Of a stretch of DNA of 64,000 nucleotides, positions 58,719 to 64,000 are shown piece by piece; within the stretch, counting starts at the first letter, position 1, and each line of letters starts with the position of its first letter. The DNA lies in contig JAMWBK010000003.1 in NCBI GenBank assembly GCA_029953675.1, positions 1,984,001 through 2,048,000 of the forward strand. The letters are read 5' to 3'. Made by a program: the position numbers and the translations under genes. The notes below the pieces were generated by a model. The model searched no databases. It was not told where the DNA came from and saw only the letters and a list, made by a program, of their open reading frames with translations. Source of the DNA: Rhodosorus marinus CCMP1338 (taxonomy: Eukaryota > Plantae > Rhodophyta).

Positions 58719-61700
58719 TATAGATCAAAAGAATTTGTAATTTGCTCATCCAAAAACCGACAAAACCGCTGCGGTCAGTTCCCAACAAACCCTTCCAAAC
58801 TCCCGACACGTCCGATCCTATCAGTGCCGGTGGTCGTCAAGGATTCGCGGGAAGAATCTAGTTGCTATGATCATCATAGGTTACTATGTCTGCACTATCG
58901 AAAAAAAGTCAGCGGCCAACTTTGTCAGTAACCAGGAAGTCTTTTGCAAGACGTAGCTTTGAAACATCAGATCAGCTTTATGAGGTAAGGTGAGATCAGA
59001 AGAGATGAGATGAGCTTAGTATATTCAGAGCTGAGCTAGCCTGCTCAGATTAGTGTTGTCAGTCTGTTGTGAGGAGATATGTGACGTATGCTAGAGCTCT
59101 CATTGCGGTGCTCGAAAAGGACTGGTACCAGTTTCCTTAAGGATGGAGCAGTTGCCTCTTGAAACATTTCACGGTTTTCCTGACTTTTTGATAATTACCC
59201 CGCGCGCACTGGGGCTGATGCTTGACGTTGATTAGGGTGGTCCTCCGTTTGCCGGAAAACGCGAATACCAGAGTGAATAAGCTTTCACCGAGATAGAACT
59301 AGCTAGAAAACCCGGTTGCGTGGCTGGTGAGAAGGGCTCGATTTTCCTCTAAAACAATCAAGCTGCAGGATCGCACCTCTTGGTCGTACGAGACGTGACA
59401 GGTGGGCAGATTCGACCTCAGTCTGTCCACGCATTTTTCTATAGGAGATCGTCCAACTCCAGCAGCAAGGAATCGGCAAAGGGCTGCTACCCGGAGCGGC
59501 TAATGGGACAAAGATTGAACCCCTCGCCAGTGAACTACCAAACTCCTTTTCGAAACTGATACTGCATCCTCGTTGCGATCTAGTGTGGGACGAGGGAAAA
59601 GACCCGTCTCATAGAATAGGGCGGAGGGGGAGGCAATGTGAAATGGATACGTCCCGAAACACCGAGCTCCCTTCTCTTCTTGCTCCACGCCAAAAACCTG
59701 ATCTCAGTCCTTTGAAGATATGTGCCTTGATCATGAAGTGTGACAACTCAAAAAGCATGAATGCCGAGCTACCACCCAAGGCCGTGCAGGCTCTGTTGAC
59801 CACCGACTACTATCCACCCTCACCTCCATTGCCATCCATGTAGGATCTCCTTACCCACCGCTACCGAAGGGACTCGAAGAGGGCAGAGGGCTTCCCATAC
59901 ACACTTCAATCAGGAGACCAACGCGGGACTAGGTCCCGCGTATCTAGTGGTCCCTGGCCTTGGCAACACTGTCAGGTATCCAACACGGTTTCTGGAGGCG
60001 AGCAGAAGGTTTTCGCGATGTGGAAAACAGTTTCTACAGCAGCGGTTTCATAACCAAGGCATGCTTGAATCTAGATCTCATGTGAGCGCATGAGGACAAG
60101 TAGACGCGTGCCAATGGATATGATCGCCCGATCCACGCTTTCAGAAGAGAACGCAAGGAGACAGTCGTGCCCGTCAGGTGGTTAGATCAACTGAGTGGGT
60201 GTTCACTACTGGTCCATCGATGACCGGCAAGAAGCTCAACCCGCCTCGACTCATTGGCTTTCTTTCCTCTCTTGTATAGCGCGGTGGAAAGGTGAGTGAA
60301 AGACACGCGCTGCGGGGATTGCAGGGATATGTTTCTCGAAGCAGAGAATCCTCAGTAGAGCGGATGAACGCAGTACATTGCAATCCTCCGATGACGTTGA
60401 CGTGTTGGGTTACGTTAGTCTGGGGTTACGATGTCTCTTGGGCAGTTGAGCTTCAAAAACCGGTTAGGAACCATTTGCACACACCGCACTCACCACCGAC
60501 GGCAGCTGCTGATGCGAAGATCCTCGCTTCAGCATGACAGTAGGGCGAAAACTGGCAGCGACAATAGTTCCTCATTTCAACGACGAGACCACACCCAGAG
60601 CTCAGCAGAGGATCTAGGATCTCTACATTGCTCGAGGAGAACTCTATGCTAGAGGCGATCTCGTGCCCTCCTCGATGATTGAGCCAGTCCACACCAGTAC
60701 AAGACCGCCGATGCAGCTCTGTGCTCAAATGTGGAGTGCGTCAATCATCGAACAGACACTTTTCAAATACCTGTTAGTCTCCCTGCACTCTCAGTTGTCA
60801 TACCCCAGGAGGACTATCAAACAAGGCGATAAAAAAAAATAAAAAATTTCTTGCTTCTCACGAAGCTATGGAATCCCAATCGTATACTGTGCTTCCCACA
60901 GTTCAGAGTCTTCGGGAGAGTCTCCCATTGTCGTGTGATGATATTCGTTCCTCTATCGAGCCAAACAGTAGGACAATTTCAAATCGAAAGCTCAGATCTC
61001 TCGTCCATTCGATTGAAAAGAGTAGAAAAGAAGCCGATCATGACTAGAAGAATAACCTGCCTCCGCATTCAGCATCCACTCAGCTCCTCCGGCGCGTAAA
61101 GCTTCATACAATTTCATCCACCGCCGTTTAGACCAATTGATTCATGTCTGGATCCTTCAAACTCTGAAAACCAGGCATTCCTCAGGAGGTCACCCCCACA
61201 CGTCCACTACCGACTGAGGTCATCCTGAAGGCCTCTCTCAACTCAAACCAGACTTTTACCCTCCTTCTTCGGATGCAGAATTTTCCTGACGGGCTATGCA
61301 TGTTTAGGCCTCCCCCGTAATGAGACACCGTCGCCATCTCATTCCACACACTCCCTTCGTCCAGGTCAAAGTCCACCAAAGCCTGTCGCAATGAGAGTTC
61401 GGAAGGACGCCCCGGACCAGGTCCCTTGTCGATATTCTAAGAATATGGTCTTCTATTCTAGAGAACTAAACATCGCAGATTCTCAGTTTTTTGAAAACAA
61501 TATGGCAAAGAGTTCAAAATCTGGAAATTAAAGATCTTGTGTAGTTCAAATAAAGTGGATCCGGTGAAAATATCCATTCTCGCTATGGAAAGATATTTGC
61601 TCGTTATTTTGAGAGAAATACTCCCTAATTTAAGCTTATTAATCCAAACATAGCGCAATATTTATTTTAATAATGAATGAGTTCGAGATTATTGCGGTAT

Positions 61701-62595
61701 TCGTACTAGATGGGTTTTTTAGGAGTTTTAGATTTCACGAGTTCATGGTCTGAAACCAGACGGGTATATATGCCAACGAACAATCAGCTGAATGGTTTGA
61801 ACTAATCAATCTGTGACTAGCCTACACCTCTTGGCAAGCGAGCGCGATCAAGAACCAGTCCACATACTCCCTGGACGCAGATTCATTATACATCGCCAGC
61901 CCTCAGCTGAATTCTCCATGAATGATGGCCACGTTCCACCTCCGGCAAGAGCATACAGGTGCTCCCATAGATGCCGAAACAACTTGCTACAAGGCTTCTC
62001 CTCGTTTCTTTTTTGGCCCCCGACATGTTTTACTTCACCAAAAAAAAATCACGGTCCTCCAGGACGAGTCTTTTTCCGCAAATAAACCAACTATACAAGG
62101 TGAAGAAGAAGTGTTTCGTTCAACACCCACAAACTCTTACTCACTCGCTCATTCTAGGATGCCCCTATTGTTCGCTCACAAGACGATGAAACTAGCCAGT
62201 GACTGTCCGAAAACAACATATGGACCAGCAAGACAGTCCTCCTCATGTTGCAAAGCGCCTTGCTCATTGCTCAGACGAATATGGAGGTCTTCTCTCAAGG
62301 AGACACAGGTTTCCAATAGCTCGAGGACAAGTGATGCTTTGTGCACCCCTAGCAACCTCCTCCCCACTCTCCCGATCCTCGACCATCCCAGCTTGCTCGG
62401 ATGGAGTCCACATACGGCTCCGCAGTGAAAAGGAAGTTGGGGACTGCTTCGAAATTGGAAAGAAGTATTGGAAGGGATTGGTAAATCTTCTCAATGAACA
62501 GAAGGAGTTCTAATCGGAAGATCTGAATGAGCCCGGGTGGCGTCTAGGACCATATGGAGGAGTTTTGAGATAATCTGTTGATGTCTAATTGAAAG

Positions 62596-64000
62596 ATGGT
62601 GAAATCTCGAATGAGTGTTTTGGATCTTGAGGTCCAAGTGAAGGAGCTTAGGAGACGTTTAGTAGGATCTAAAGTGGTTAATGTATATGATGTCACCGAA
62701 AAGGTGTACACGATCAAACTGAGCGTACCTCCGAGGAGAAAATCGATTGCCACCACTGAGGAGTCCCCTAGCGAGCAGCAGGTTGCGGATCAGTCAGAGG
62801 CCGGCACACAGGGCCAGCAGGTTGGCGTGAAAGAAGGATGGCAGAAGGTGCTTTTGCTGATTGAAAGTGGGATTAGAGTCCACACCACCTTGTTTGATCG
62901 GGAGAAGGGAGATGCCCCATCCGGGTTCACAGCAAAGATGAGAAAACATCTCAGAAACAAGAGGCTGGACGGTATCGAGCAACTCATGTCGGACCGAACG
63001 TTCAAATTGATTTTCACGTCTTCCTCTGAAACGTGTCATCTCATTATTGAGTTGTACTCGGCTGGAAACATCATTCTCACGGATGGTGAATACAAGATCA
63101 TTGCCCTGCTTCGAGTGTTTCGACCCAAGGACGAAACCAAGTACTCCCCGCGCGTGGTAGGTGCAGTGTACCCCATGTCAGCTGCAAGAACGAAAGATCC
63201 TCTTACAGAATCTTCCGTCCGAGACGCGATTGAAACCAGCGAGGGTAACAAGGAGCTCAGGAAAGTCCTCGCGCACAAGACTCTGTACGGAATCCAGAGC
63301 GCTGAACACGCCCTCGTTGAGAACCAACTCAAGTTGAACGTCTTGGTCAAGGTATGCCGTACACAGCGGAAGGAGGTGACCTCGACACATCGCCCAATGT
63401 TAACACTTTGGCTCTGGACATAACCATCGCCAGGATATCGAGTCTTCAAGAAATGAAGCGATCCCCAAGATCACAACATCGATTGTAGAACTGGAAAAGC
63501 GACTAGCAGACGAGCCCGACCAAGACGCGCAGAGCCCGGGATATATTTTGCTACGCCAAGGCCTGGAATTGGAAGATGGAGAGGTTGCTTATGAGGATTT
63601 CACTCCGGTTCTACTCGCTCAATACAAGAATCGCCCGAACAGAGAGTTCAAGACGTTTGGTGAAGCCATGGATGAGTATTTTACGAACATAGAGAAGCAG
63701 AGGGAGCAAACTCAGAAGCAGAAGAAGGAGAATGCAAAGATCAAAAAGGTGGGCAGCAATTAAATCCTCTTTAGGAATAGCCCTAGTAGCTTGGTTTTGA
63801 CGGGCTGGGAAAGACGTTCTGACGCCAAACTGGCTTCGCCTTTGGGAACGCGTGAAAATGCGCAACTAGGTTGAGAAGCTCAAGAATCAGCTCGACGGGA
63901 GGGTCATAGAGTTGGAAAACCAGGAGATTTCGAGCATGGAAAGCGCTAGGCTCATTGAGGACAACGTTGAAGAGATTGAGACCGCGTTGACAGTTTTCCG
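62596..64000 (+). CDS. NEMF: NEMF/Rqc2 ribosome quality-control subunit, 5' part, runs off the window
   Basis: MVKSRMSVLDL...VVNVYDV...LLLIESGIRVHTT...PSGFTAKMRKHLRNKRL...IIELYSAGNIILTD, then downstream exons (YEDFTP, FKTFGEAMDEYF). Confidence 0.92.

Noticed and set aside
1-64000. Prokaryotic operon, defence system or retron interpretation of the RT genes
   Set aside because: Spliceosomal introns, nuclear genes (MED22, VPS29, NEMF) and RT linked to gag/integrase or RLE domains identify eukaryotic retrotransposons. No rRNA or tRNA genes were recognised.

Overview
Eukaryotic nuclear DNA from a compact, photosynthetic genome. A red alga is the best inference, based on MAFV-type plastid transit peptides, Psb27, a tandem-CBM20 starch-binding protein and short GT-AG introns of about 80-125 nt. 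It is not prokaryotic, so most short ORFs in the supplied track, which uses TTG/GTG starts, are spurious. There are three zones. (1) 1-19 kb is gene-dense: cytochrome P450, MED22-like, double-CBM20 coiled-coil protein, Psb27, an orphan plastid membrane protein, TM-type tRNase Z and two tandem ABHD4/5-like hydrolases. (2) About 19.7-53.1 kb is a transposon island: a chromovirus-type Ty3/Gypsy element plus a solo LTR sharing one GGTCC target, a MITE, a 141-bp tandem repeat and a dense nest of CRE-like non-LTR retrotransposons (RT plus restriction-like endonuclease, RLE) with (ATC)n or (CATT)n tails. The only clear host gene inside is a secreted RTX-repeat protein. (3) 53.9-64 kb is gene-dense: DnaJ-type zinc-finger protein, divergent VPS29, cytochrome b5-like protein and the 5' part of NEMF/Rqc2. 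The most striking patterns are: all 10 RLE 3' tails that abut another RLE copy are antisense to that copy; one RLE copy has a perfect 176-bp flanking duplication; two LTR insertions share the same 5-bp site; and a bacterial-style RTX repeat gene sits in the island. All alignments and gene models were done by eye and no database searches were run.
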